From Anaerovoracaceae bacterium (GTDB taxonomy: Bacteria > Actinomycetota > Coriobacteriia > Coriobacteriales > Eggerthellaceae): a DNA stretch of 64,000 nt. The DNA is taken from NCBI GenBank assembly GCA_963604235.1, contig CAVCPR010000003.1, forward strand, positions 2,972 to 66,971. Reading direction: 5' to 3'. A program made the position numbers and the translations under genes. This document shows, piece by piece, positions 48,747-57,378 of this stretch. The notes under the pieces are model-generated. The model was not told where the DNA came from, ran no database searches, and saw nothing but the letters and a program-made list of their open reading frames with translations. The first letter of the stretch is position 1; every line of letters begins with the position of its first letter.

Positions 48747-49232
48747 TTAGACGTCTTTCGGGGACCGCGACATGGCGATCATGCCCGTGCGCGTGACTTC
48801 CTTGATGCCGTAGGCGCGCAGCAAATCCTCCAAGTCCTTGAGCGCCTCGTCGGTGCCGGTGGCCTCGATGGTGAGGCTTTGGCGCCCGACGTCGACGATC
48901 TTGGCATGGTAGATGCTCGCGATCTCGATGAGCTCGCTTCTGCGCTCGGGCGCGGCGTTGACCTTGAACAGGACCAACTCGCGATCGATGGCGGCCTGGT
49001 CGGTGAGATCGGTGATCTTGAAGACGCTGATGAGCTTGTTGAGCTGCTTGTTGAGCTGCTCATAGCCCAGCTCATCGGCGTTGACGATGATGGTGATGCG
49101 CGACATCGTGGGGTCTTCGGTGGGACCGACCGACAGCGAGTCGATGTTGAAGCCGCGCCGCGACACCAAACCGGTGACGCGCGAAAGCACGCCGGGCTTG
49201 TTCTCAACCAGAACGGACAGGATATGCCTCAT
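48747..49232 (-). CDS. ilvN: Acetolactate synthase small (regulatory) subunit
   Basis: 161 aa with an ACT domain (MRHILSVLVENKPGVLSRVTGLVSRRGFNIDSLSV). Confidence 0.92.
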   Translation of the reverse strand: MRHILSVLVENKPGVLSRVTGLVSRRGFNIDSLSVGPTEDPTMSRITIIVNADELGYEQLNKQLNKLISVFKITDLTDQAAIDRELVLFKVNAAPERRSELIEIASIYHAKIVDVGRQSLTIEATGTDEALKDLEDLLRAYGIKEVTRTGMIAMSRSPKDV

Positions 49233-49234
49233 CG

Positions 49235-51187
49235 CTACTCCCCTTCCTTTGCCGGCGCGGCGGACGTCTCGCCGAGGCGCGGCGCCTTGTCGGCCGGATC
49301 GTTCTCCCAGCGGCCGCCGAACTGCGCGTCGATGGTGGCGCAGGGGCTTTTCGCCGGCGTGGCCGCATCGGGCTGCGGCATGTCGGTACGCACCGCGCCG
49401 ACCGCCACGTCGATGGCGCCGAGCACGTCGTTCATGGCGGCGCCGGGCGCGACCATCGGGAAGACGTTCTGGTCTTCGGAGATGGCCACGTCGAGCAGGT
49501 AGGGAACCTCGCTCGCGAGCATCTCGTCGAGCGCGGACTCGACCTCATCGGGCGAAGTGATGCGCTTGGCAGCCCAGCCGTAGGCGTCGGCGAGCTTGAC
49601 GAAGTCGGGGTTGGCGGCGAGCACCGTGGAGCTGAAGCGCTCATGGTAGAACAGCTTCTGCCACTGATGCACCATGCCGAGCGCGCGGTTGTCGAGGATG
49701 AGCACCTTGACCGGCACGCCATTGATGGCGGCGGTGGCCATTTCCTGACTATTCATTTGGAACGAGCCGTCGCCGGCGATGCAGACGACCTGCTTGTCCG
49801 GGCAGCCGAACGCAGCGCCGATGGAAGCCGGGAAGCCGAAGCCCATGGTACCGAGGCCGCCCGAGGAGAGGAACGTGCGCGGACGCTCGCGATCGACGAA
49901 CTGCGCGGCCCACATCTGGTGCTGGCCGACCTCGGTGACGACGATGGAGCTTTCCGGATCGAGCTTGCGGGAGAGCTTCTGCAGCACCGTCTCGGGGACG
50001 ATGGTGCCGGCTTCCTCCACCAGGTCGCTGTGATAGAACGGGAAGCGGCGGCGCCACTCCTCGAGGTGCTCGAGCCAAGGCCCCGTGACCGGCTCGACGC
50101 CCGCCTTGGCAACCTGCTCGTTGACGGCGGCGAGCACGCCCTTGAGATCGCCCACGATGGGGATCTGCACCTCGCGGATCTTGCCGATTTCCGCCGGATC
50201 GATGTCGATATGGATGACCTCGGCGTGCGGGGCGAATTCGGAGAGCTTGCCCGTCACACGATCGGAGAAGCGCGCACCACAGGCGATGATCAGGTCGGAT
50301 TCGGTCATGGCGAGGTTGGCGTACTTGGAGCCGTGCATGCCGACGAGGCCGAAGTTCAGCGGGTTGGAAGCCGGGAAGGCGCCCTTGCCCATGAGCGTGG
50401 TGACCACCGGCAGCTTGAGCGTGTCCGCGAGGCGCTCAAGCTCCTCGGACGCGCCCGAGGCGATGACGCCGCCACCGACGTAGAGCACGGGGCGCTCTGC
50501 GCGCTCGATGCGCGCCACGGCCGCACGGATCTGCTTGGCGTTGCCGCGATACGTCGGGCGGTACGACGGGATGTTCACCTTGTCGGGATAGGTAAACGTC
50601 ATCGTCTCCGAAAGGATATCGGAGGGGATGTCGATGAGCACCGGGCCGGGGCGGCCGGAGGCGGCGATATGGAACGCCTCGCGGAACGTCGCGGTGAGCT
50701 CGTCGGTGGACTGCAGCAGGAAGGAGTGCTTCACGACCGGCATGGTGATGCCGACGATGTCGGACTCCTGGAAGCTGTCGGTGCCGATGACGCCGCGCGG
50801 GACCTGGCCGGTGATGACCACGAGCGGCACGCTGTCCATGTAGGCGGTGGCGATGCCGGTGACGGTGTTGGTGGCGCCGGGGCCGGAGGTGACGATGACG
50901 ACGCCGACCTTGCCCGTGGCGCGCGCATAGCCGTCGGCCTCGTGCACGGCGCCCTGTTCATGGCGGGCGAGCACGTGGTGCAGCTGCTTGCTGTCGTAGA
51001 GCGCGTCATAGATTTTAATGGCCTGGCCGCCGGGATAGCCGAAGACCAGATCGACGCCCTCGGCCTCGAGCGAGGCGACGACCGCCTGCGCGCCGATCAT
51101 CTGGGTGTTCTGCTTGGGCGTCTTGCTGCCCAGGCCGCGCACCTCGCCGGCGCTTGAAGCGTGCTTGTCGATTTTGGAATCACTCAT
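49235..51187 (-). CDS. ilvB: Acetolactate synthase large subunit
   Basis: 650 aa, ThDP enzyme ([14 protein letters not shown]; [15 protein letters not shown]; [11 protein letters not shown]). It has extra residues at both ends: about 35 aa at the N-terminus and about 65 aa at the C-terminus. Its start overlaps the ilvD stop (ATGA). Confidence 0.93.
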   Translation of the reverse strand: MSDSKIDKHASSAGEVRGLGSKTPKQNTQMIGAQAVVASLEAEGVDLVFGYPGGQAIKIYDALYDSKQLHHVLARHEQGAVHEADGYARATGKVGVVIVTSGPGATNTVTGIATAYMDSVPLVVITGQVPRGVIGTDSFQESDIVGITMPVVKHSFLLQSTDELTATFREAFHIAASGRPGPVLIDIPSDILSETMTFTYPDKVNIPSYRPTYRGNAKQIRAAVARIERAERPVLYVGGGVIASGASEELERLADTLKLPVVTTLMGKGAFPASNPLNFGLVGMHGSKYANLAMTESDLIIACGARFSDRVTGKLSEFAPHAEVIHIDIDPAEIGKIREVQIPIVGDLKGVLAAVNEQVAKAGVEPVTGPWLEHLEEWRRRFPFYHSDLVEEAGTIVPETVLQKLSRKLDPESSIVVTEVGQHQMWAAQFVDRERPRTFLSSGGLGTMGFGFPASIGAAFGCPDKQVVCIAGDGSFQMNSQEMATAAINGVPVKVLILDNRALGMVHQWQKLFYHERFSSTVLAANPDFVKLADAYGWAAKRITSPDEVESALDEMLASEVPYLLDVAISEDQNVFPMVAPGAAMNDVLGAIDVAVGAVRTDMPQPDAATPAKSPCATIDAQFGGRWENDPADKAPRLGETSAAPAKEGE

Positions 51188-52857
51188 GAGACGAATGCCC
51201 CCTTATCAGCAGAGGAAACGAGCTTGGCGTACTTGGCGAGCACGCCATGGTTGTGCTTGGGCGCGGGAGGAACGAACGCCGCGCGGCGGGCCTCAAGCTC
51301 CTCGTCGGAGACGTTCAGCTCGAGCTTACCGCCCTCGATGTCGACGGTGATCTCGTCGCCGTCCTCGATGAGCGCGATAGGGCCGCCGGATGCGGCCTCG
51401 GGGCTGACGTGCCCGATGCACGGGCCCTTCGAGGCGCCCGAGAAGCGCCCGTCGGTGATGAGCGCGACGCTCTTGGAAAGCCCCATGCCGACGATGGCCG
51501 AGGTGGGAGTCAGCATCTCGCGCATGCCCGGGCCGCCCTTCGGGCCCTCGTAGCGGATGACCACCACGTCGCCGGGCTTGATGTCGCCGGCGAAGATGGC
51601 CTCGCAGGCCTCCTCCTCGCTGTTGAAGCAGCGCGCGGGACCGGTGTGCGTGAACATGCTCGGATCGACGGCGCTCTTCTTGACGATGCCGCCGTTCGGC
51701 GCGATGTTGCCGTGCAGCACGCGCAGCGCGCCCACCTTCGAGAAGGGGTTGTCGTGCGTGCGGCACACCTCGCCGTCGGCAGCCGGGGTATTCGCGAGAT
51801 ATTCGGGGAGCGGGCCTACGCAGGTAAGCGCGCTGCTGTCGAGCAAGCCGAGCTCGCCGAGCTCGTGCATGACCACCGGCACGCCGCCGACGGCGTACAG
51901 CGCGATGAGCGGCAAGGGGCCGGAGGGCTGCAGCTTCACCAGATGCGGCGTGCGGGCGGATGCGGCGTCCCAGTCGTCCATCGTGATGGGGCAGCCCGCC
52001 TCCATGGCGATGGCCGTCAGGTGCAGCACCGTGTTGGTGGAGCCGCCGAAGGCCATGTCGCATTCCATGGCGTTGTGGATGGCCGCCTTGGTGATGATGT
52101 CGCGGATGGCGATGCCCTTCTCCACGAGCTCCATCACCTTCATGCCGGCATGCTTGGCCAAGCGCAAACGCTGCGAATACACGGCCGGGATGGTGCCGTT
52201 GCCGGGAAGCGCGATGCCAAGCGCCTCGCACAGGCAGTTCATGGAGTTGGCGGTGAACATGCCCGAGCAGCTGCCGCAGGTCGGGCAGGCGGTGTTCTCG
52301 TAGAACTTGAGCTCTTCCTCGGTCATCGTGCCGGCGCTCACTTGTCCTGCGCCGTCAAAAAGCGTGTTCAGGTCGGTGGTCACGTAGTCGGTGGTGCCAT
52401 GCTTGAAGCCGGGAAGCATCGGGCCGCCCGAGACGAACACCGTCGGGATGTTCACGCGCAGGGCGCCTAGGATCATGCCGGGGACGATCTTGTCGCAGTT
52501 CGGGATGCAGACCGCGCCGTCGAAGGCATGCCCCTGCACCGCGCACTCGAAGCTGTCGGCGATGGCCTCGCGGCTTACCAGCGAATAGTGCATGCCGTCA
52601 TGGTTCATGGCCAGGCCGTCGCACACGCCGATGGTCGAAATCTCGAACGGCGTGCCGCCGGCCATGCGGATGCCGGCCTTGACGGCTTCGCAAATCTTAT
52701 CGAGGTTGGTGTGACCGGGGATGATATCGTTGCGGGAGTTGAACACCGCGATCAGCGGGCGTTCGATCTCCTCGTCGGTGAGGCCGTCGGCCTTCAGCAG
52801 ACTGCGGTGCGGGGCGCGCGCAACGCCCTTTTTCATGGCATCGCTGCGAAGTTGCAT
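51184..52857 (-). CDS. ilvD: Dihydroxy-acid dehydratase
   Basis: 557 aa counted from ATG 52857 ([34 protein letters not shown]). IlvD/Edd motifs are CDKIVPGM and [11 protein letters not shown]. Confidence 0.95.
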   Translation of the reverse strand: MQLRSDAMKKGVARAPHRSLLKADGLTDEEIERPLIAVFNSRNDIIPGHTNLDKICEAVKAGIRMAGGTPFEISTIGVCDGLAMNHDGMHYSLVSREAIADSFECAVQGHAFDGAVCIPNCDKIVPGMILGALRVNIPTVFVSGGPMLPGFKHGTTDYVTTDLNTLFDGAGQVSAGTMTEEELKFYENTACPTCGSCSGMFTANSMNCLCEALGIALPGNGTIPAVYSQRLRLAKHAGMKVMELVEKGIAIRDIITKAAIHNAMECDMAFGGSTNTVLHLTAIAMEAGCPITMDDWDAASARTPHLVKLQPSGPLPLIALYAVGGVPVVMHELGELGLLDSSALTCVGPLPEYLANTPAADGEVCRTHDNPFSKVGALRVLHGNIAPNGGIVKKSAVDPSMFTHTGPARCFNSEEEACEAIFAGDIKPGDVVVIRYEGPKGGPGMREMLTPTSAIVGMGLSKSVALITDGRFSGASKGPCIGHVSPEAASGGPIALIEDGDEITVDIEGGKLELNVSDEELEARRAAFVPPAPKHNHGVLAKYAKLVSSADKGAFVS

Positions 52858-53170
52858 AAGCTTCCTTCTTCCCTCTCGTCTTGCCCGACGGTTGCGGGCA
52901 TAAAAAAATCCTGCTGCAAGCATTCTGCATCAGGACTTCTACGAAAGAACCGCGCCTTGGCGGTACTGCCGGTAACGGAGCGACCCGATTCAGACTACTT
53001 GCGCAAACCGCACGCGAAGGTTTTTCGCTGCATGCTTGCACGTTCACCAGAACTGCTCGGAGGGGGCATTCGAGCCCGCCCACCATCGGCTCGCACCTTC
53101 CGCCGACTCTCTTTGAGATGGGTTCGTCTCTACTGTCCTCGTCATAGCATTTCGTCTATGAACTTGTGTT
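52858..53170 (-). promoter_or_regulatory. Long 5' leader of the ilvD-ilvBN-ilvC operon with an internal terminator (attenuator; T-box-like motifs but class unresolved)
   Basis: On the minus strand the leader contains AGAGAG-UCGGC-GGAAGGUGCGA-GCCGA, then CCGUUA and GGCAGUACCGCC, then a hairpin followed by U7 just before the RBS. See findings. Confidence 0.45.
52902..52936 (-). terminator. Leader terminator upstream of ilvD
   Basis: The minus strand reads UCCUGAUGCAG-AAUGC-UUGCAGCAGGA (one mismatch) followed by UUUUUUU. It lies 45 nt upstream of the ilvD ATG. Confidence 0.65.
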
Positions 53171-53175
53171 TGGAC

Positions 53176-53203
53176 AGTATACGCCGACGAAAACCCGGCG
53201 CAA
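53176..53203 (-). promoter_or_regulatory. Candidate sigma-70 promoter of the ilv operon
   Basis: The minus strand reads TTGCGC-N16-TATACT. Pattern match only. Confidence 0.35.
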
Positions 53204-53303
53204 CACTTCTTTGCTATGAATTTGAATTTGCGGGGGTTTGCGCACAAAGCACGCACAATAGCGCTCATGCAACAGTGACCGCCCGCAAACGAAGGAGTGC
53301 CCC

Positions 53304-53891
53304 ATGCTGACACTGCGCAAGCCGCCCATTGAAACCTACAAGCGCGTGAAGCTCGACCCCGAATGCCGCATCGCGCCAACCGCCGCCGTCGTCGGCGACG
53401 TGACGCTTGAGAAGGACGTGACCGTGCTGTTCGGCGCCGCCATCCGCGGCGACTACGGAGAGGCCATTCACGTTGGCGAGGGAACCAACGTCCAGGAGGG
53501 GTGCAGCCTGCATGTGGATTTAGGCAGCCCGCTTACCATCGGAAAACGCGTGATCATCGGGCACAACGCCACGGTGCATGGGTGCACGATCGAAGACGGC
53601 GCGCTCATCGGCATGGGCGCCGTGATCATGAACAAGGCCGTCATCGGCGAGGGCGCCGTGATCGGGGCCGGGGCGCTCATTCCCGAAGGCAAGGTCGTGC
53701 CCGCGCGCGCCGTCATGGTCGGCGTCCCCGCCAAGCAGCTGCGCCTGATCAGCGACGAGGAGGCCGCCGTGAACGACGTCGACGCGCAGACCTACATCGA
53801 CGCCGGCAAGCAGATGGAGCGCGAGGGCATCTTGATCAGCGGCGCGAACATGCCCCGAAACATCCCGCATATCACGTTGGCGGAAGAGTAG
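53304..53891 (+). CDS. Gamma-carbonic-anhydrase-like left-handed beta-helix protein (YrdA/PaaY/CaiE family)
   Basis: 195 aa with hexapeptide repeats and the family's His ligands (IIGHNATVHGCTIEDGALIGMGAVIMNKAVIGEGAVIGAGALI). Confidence 0.85.
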   Translation: MLTLRKPPIETYKRVKLDPECRIAPTAAVVGDVTLEKDVTVLFGAAIRGDYGEAIHVGEGTNVQEGCSLHVDLGSPLTIGKRVIIGHNATVHGCTIEDGALIGMGAVIMNKAVIGEGAVIGAGALIPEGKVVPARAVMVGVPAKQLRLISDEEAAVNDVDAQTYIDAGKQMEREGILISGANMPRNIPHITLAEE

Positions 53892-54033
53892 GGTTTTGGA
53901 GGTTGTTCGGGTAAGCCGGCGGAATCAGGGAGCTGGTGTCGCGCCTTCGGCGCTCTTTTATACGGTTTGAGCTCTCGCTCAAACCTACGAGATCTTGCCG
54001 ATATGCTAAACCCCTCGTAATAACTCCAACAAG

Positions 54034-54058
54034 ATACCGGTTACCGGTTTATACCGGT
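54034..54058. repeat. Three copies of TACCGGTT (palindromic ACCGGT core) spanning the prmC stop codon
   Basis: aTACCGGTTACCGGTTtaTACCGGTTtt. A fourth, degenerate copy GCCGGT lies at 54063-54068. Confidence 0.6.
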
Positions 54059-55137
54059 TTTTTGCCGGTGAGAACGCGGGGCCTGCCGGCTAGGTCTTCG
54101 ACGATGCGCAGCTGCTCGAAGCCCGATTCGCAGGCGAGTTGCTTGGCGGCATCGAGGTGCGTCTCGTGCAGCTCGAAGGCAAATCCGCCGCCCGGGCACA
54201 AGGCGCGCATCGTCCAGGGCAGCAACCGGCGCAAGATATCGTTGCCGTCGGCTCCCCCATCGAGCGCAAGCGTGGGCTCGAACTCGGAAACCTCGCGCGG
54301 GATGGACGCGAGCACCGAGGTCGGTACATAGGGCGGGTTGGAAACCACCAAGTCAAGCCGGCCGAGGGCGGCCTCGGGCACGCCCGCGCCGAGGTCGCAT
54401 TGCTCGACGCGCACGCGGTCCGCAAGCCCAAGTTCGCCGGCATTCTCCTTTGCGAGTTCCACCGCAACCGGCGAGACGTCGGTCGCAATGACGCGCGTAT
54501 CGGGGCGCTCATGGGCAATCGAGCAGGCGATGCAGCCGCTGCCGGTGCAGATGTCGGCGACAAGCAAGGGCCGCGAGGGGCGTGCGGCACCAGCACCTGC
54601 GGACGGGCTCGTCTCGCCCTCATCAGCGCGCGAGATGCGCAAAAATTCCGCCACGGCCTTACGCTCCTGCTCGCGCGCACGCTCGTCGGCTTCCCCGCTA
54701 TCGTGCGCTTCGCCTTCGGCAGCTTGCGCCGATTGCATGACGACGTCACCGGCCCAGGCGTCGATGGTGCTGTCGAGCGCGACGCGGCGGGCAGGCGCCG
54801 GCAAGAGCGAGAGCGCCTCGCTCACCAGCACCTCGGTTTCAGGGCGCGGGATGAGCACGCCGGGGCGCACCTTCACGGTAATGTAGCGGAAAGCCGCGCT
54901 GCCGCTGATGTACTGCAGCGGCTCGCCCGCCCCGCGACGGGACACGAAGCCGCGCAGGCGTTCGCGCTCTTCGGGTGCAAGCGGTTCGTCGAAGCAGGTG
55001 TACAGCTCGATGCGGGAATGGCCGGTCGCCTCCCCGATCAGCCATTCGGCCGCTAGCCGCGGCGAGGCGTCGCCCTTGCGCGCAAGGTAGCCGCATGTCC
55101 AGTCGAGGGCCTTCTTGATTGTCCAGATGTCTTCCAT
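54049..55137 (-). CDS. prmC: Release-factor glutamine N5-methyltransferase PrmC with an internal insertion of about 60-70 aa
   Basis: N-terminal PrmC domain (PLQYISGSAAFRYITVKVRPGVLIPRPETE), motif I ADICTGSGCIA, and the catalytic VVSNPPYV. It lies downstream of prfA. Confidence 0.88.
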   Translation of the reverse strand: MEDIWTIKKALDWTCGYLARKGDASPRLAAEWLIGEATGHSRIELYTCFDEPLAPEERERLRGFVSRRGAGEPLQYISGSAAFRYITVKVRPGVLIPRPETEVLVSEALSLLPAPARRVALDSTIDAWAGDVVMQSAQAAEGEAHDSGEADERAREQERKAVAEFLRISRADEGETSPSAGAGAARPSRPLLVADICTGSGCIACSIAHERPDTRVIATDVSPVAVELAKENAGELGLADRVRVEQCDLGAGVPEAALGRLDLVVSNPPYVPTSVLASIPREVSEFEPTLALDGGADGNDILRRLLPWTMRALCPGGGFAFELHETHLDAAKQLACESGFEQLRIVEDLAGRPRVLTGKKPV

Positions 55138-55214
55138 GGGATTCTTTCAGCGCAAAATGGAGAAGGCGCGAGCTTGCCGCCCACGCCTTCAGTCGTTGTC
55201 TATAGGGGCTAAAC

Positions 55215-56288
55215 CTACACCGCGCTTTCCAGCTTCTTGGCGCGGTCGGCCGCCTGAAGGGCCGTGATGACGGCGCCGAGGCCATCGCCCTGCAGCACGC
55301 CGGTGTAGGTGGAGTTGAAGCCGATGCGATGGTCGGTCACGCGGTCCTGCGGGCCGTTGTAGGTGCGGATCTTCTCGGCGCGGTCGCCCGAGCCGATCTG
55401 CGCGAGGCGCTCGGCGCCCTCGGCGGCCTGCTGTTCGGCGAGCATCTTCTCGTACAGGCGCGCGCGCAGCACGGCCATGGCCGCGATCTTGTTCTGCAGC
55501 TGCGACTTCTGGTCCTGCGACTGCACCACCAAACCGGAGGGCAGGTGCGTGATGCGCACCGCGGAGTCGGTGGTGTTGACGCACTGGCCGCCCGGGCCGC
55601 CGGCGCGGAACACGTCGATGCGCAGGTCGTTCTCGTTGATGTCGACCTCGACCTCGTCTGCCTCGGGCAGCACGGCCACCGTGGCGGTGGAAGTGTGGAT
55701 GCGTCCCTGCGACTCGGTCTTCGGCACGCGCTGCACGCGATGCACGCCCGATTCGTACTTCATGACCGAATAGACCTTGTCGCCCTTCACCTTGAACTGG
55801 ATTTCCTTATAGCCGCCGGCCTCGGAGGGGCTGACGTCCATGAGCTCGGTCTTCCAACCCTGGGAAGAGATGAAGCGCTCATACATTTTGAACAGGTCGC
55901 CCGCGAAAATGGCGGCCTCGTCGCCGCCGGCGGCCGCGCGGATTTCCACGATAATGTCCTTCTCATCGGCCGGGTCGGAGGGGATGAGCATGAACTTGAT
56001 GTCCTCGACGAGCGCGGGCATCTTGGCCTCGGCCTCGGAAATGGTCTCCTGCGCGAACTCCTTCATGTCGGCGTCGCCGAGCAGCTCCTTGGCCTCGTCG
56101 ATGTCGGCGCAGCACTGCAGATACGTGCGCGCCTTCTCCACCAAGGGGCCCTGGTCGGAATATTCCTTGGCGAGCTTGTTGTATTCCTTCTGGTCGCCGA
56201 GGACGGCCGGGTCGGTCATCTTGGCCTGCAGCTCCTCGTAGGCCTTGATGATCTTCTCGAGCTTCTCGCGCATATCGTTGTCTTGCAT
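55215..56288 (-). CDS. prfA: Peptide chain release factor 1
   Basis: 357 aa with the GGQ motif ([21 protein letters not shown]) and the RF1-type PxT-region context. Confidence 0.96.
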   Translation of the reverse strand: MQDNDMREKLEKIIKAYEELQAKMTDPAVLGDQKEYNKLAKEYSDQGPLVEKARTYLQCCADIDEAKELLGDADMKEFAQETISEAEAKMPALVEDIKFMLIPSDPADEKDIIVEIRAAAGGDEAAIFAGDLFKMYERFISSQGWKTELMDVSPSEAGGYKEIQFKVKGDKVYSVMKYESGVHRVQRVPKTESQGRIHTSTATVAVLPEADEVEVDINENDLRIDVFRAGGPGGQCVNTTDSAVRITHLPSGLVVQSQDQKSQLQNKIAAMAVLRARLYEKMLAEQQAAEGAERLAQIGSGDRAEKIRTYNGPQDRVTDHRIGFNSTYTGVLQGDGLGAVITALQAADRAKKLESAV

Positions 56289-56402
56289 GGTCTATGCATC
56301 CTTCTTGTAAGCAGTGCCGACGCTTGGGGCGCCTTTTAGGTTGCAGGCGCGGGCGCCCGAGGCGAAAAACCCGCGGACGCGTATTCGAACTTTCAAAGTT
56401 TA

Positions 56403-57365
56403 TCAGATGGAAAGCCCGCTTGCAGCACGCTCCGCACAGACTGCACCATCGGCCACCGCCGTGACCACTTGACGCAGCTCCTTGGCGCGCACGTCGCCCG
56501 CCGCGAGAACGCCGGGGGCCGAAGTCGCGCCCGTCTCGTCGGCAATGATGTAGCCGGCCGTATCCAAGGCAAGCGCGCCAGCGAGGAACTCCGTGTTCGG
56601 AACCGTGCCGATGGCGACGAACAGCCCGTCGACCGCAAGGGTTTCGACGCCGCCGTCGACGGCGGCGATGTCGACGGCGGCAAGCTTCCCGTCGCGCTCG
56701 TGCAGGCGAGTGACGTTCGCACCGAGGGCGAGGCGAATGTTTTCCGCAGCTGCAAGCTGAGCGTCGTAGATGGCGGTGGCGCGCAACTTGTCACGCCGAT
56801 GCACGAGCACGACCTCGGAAGCGAGGCGTGAAAGGTAGAGCGCGTCGGCGACGGCGGTATTGCCCCCGCCGACCACCACCACGCGCTTGCCGCGGAAAAA
56901 GCCGCCGTCGCACGTGGCGCAGTACGACACGCCGCGGCCCGCAAGCGCATCCTCGCCGTCAAGGCCGAGTTTGCGCGGGCGTGCGCCGGTGGCGACGATG
57001 ACGCTACGTGCCCGGTGAGCGGAAAACGGCGTGGTGAGGGTTTTCACCGTGCCGTCGAAGTCCACGCCCGTGACCTCCTCCGAAATGATGCGCGCGCCGA
57101 AGCGCTCGGCCTGCTCCTTCATGGACCAGGCGAGCTCGAAGCCGCCCGCCCCTTCCGGGAAACCGGGGTAGTTGTCGACGCGCTCGGTCTGCGCAAGCTG
57201 ACCGCCGGCGGACGTGCGCTCGAACACCGCGACGTCAAGGCCGGCGCGGGCAGCGTAGAGCGCCGCAGCAAGCCCCGCCGGACCGGCGCCGATCACCGCG
57301 ACGTCATACAGCCTTTCATCCGTCGACGCCGATGGGGCGCCCTTCATATCAACAGTCGCATCCAT
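56403..57365 (-). CDS. trxB: Thioredoxin-disulfide reductase
   Basis: 320 aa counted from ATG 57365 (AAGGAAAGG RBS). Motifs are VAVIGAGPAGLAAALYAAR, the redox CATCDG, and VVVVGGGNTAVADA. Confidence 0.92.
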   Translation of the reverse strand: MDATVDMKGAPSASTDERLYDVAVIGAGPAGLAAALYAARAGLDVAVFERTSAGGQLAQTERVDNYPGFPEGAGGFELAWSMKEQAERFGARIISEEVTGVDFDGTVKTLTTPFSAHRARSVIVATGARPRKLGLDGEDALAGRGVSYCATCDGGFFRGKRVVVVGGGNTAVADALYLSRLASEVVLVHRRDKLRATAIYDAQLAAAENIRLALGANVTRLHERDGKLAAVDIAAVDGGVETLAVDGLFVAIGTVPNTEFLAGALALDTAGYIIADETGATSAPGVLAAGDVRAKELRQVVTAVADGAVCAERAASGLSI

Positions 57366-57378
57366 GATGCACCTTTCC

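Noticed and set aside
52858-53170. Calling the ilv leader a canonical T-box riboswitch.
   Set aside because: Only partial motif matches are present (AGAGAG, GGUGCGA loop, CCGUUA, GUACCGC). The UGGN bulge sequence is missing, the spacing of the F-box-like and T-box-like pieces is wrong, and I could define neither a specifier codon nor an antiterminator. I kept it as an unresolved attenuator instead.
53044-53379. The 111-aa minus-strand ORF, and shorter ORFs in the ilv leader, as a leader peptide for classical attenuation.
   Set aside because: None has a run of Ile/Leu/Val codons or an RBS, and the ORF crosses the predicted promoter. It is most likely non-coding.
53304-53891. Gamma-CA-like hexapeptide protein as the CaiE/PaaY-type member of the ACAD/ETF locus.
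   Set aside because: It lies about 10 kb away, beyond the leuA-serA and ilv operons, and has its own promoter region. Nothing links it to the locus apart from family membership.
55215-56288. Programmed +1 frameshift, as in release-factor genes.
   Set aside because: The gene is prfA (RF1), which is read in one continuous frame. The frameshift is a prfB (RF2) feature.
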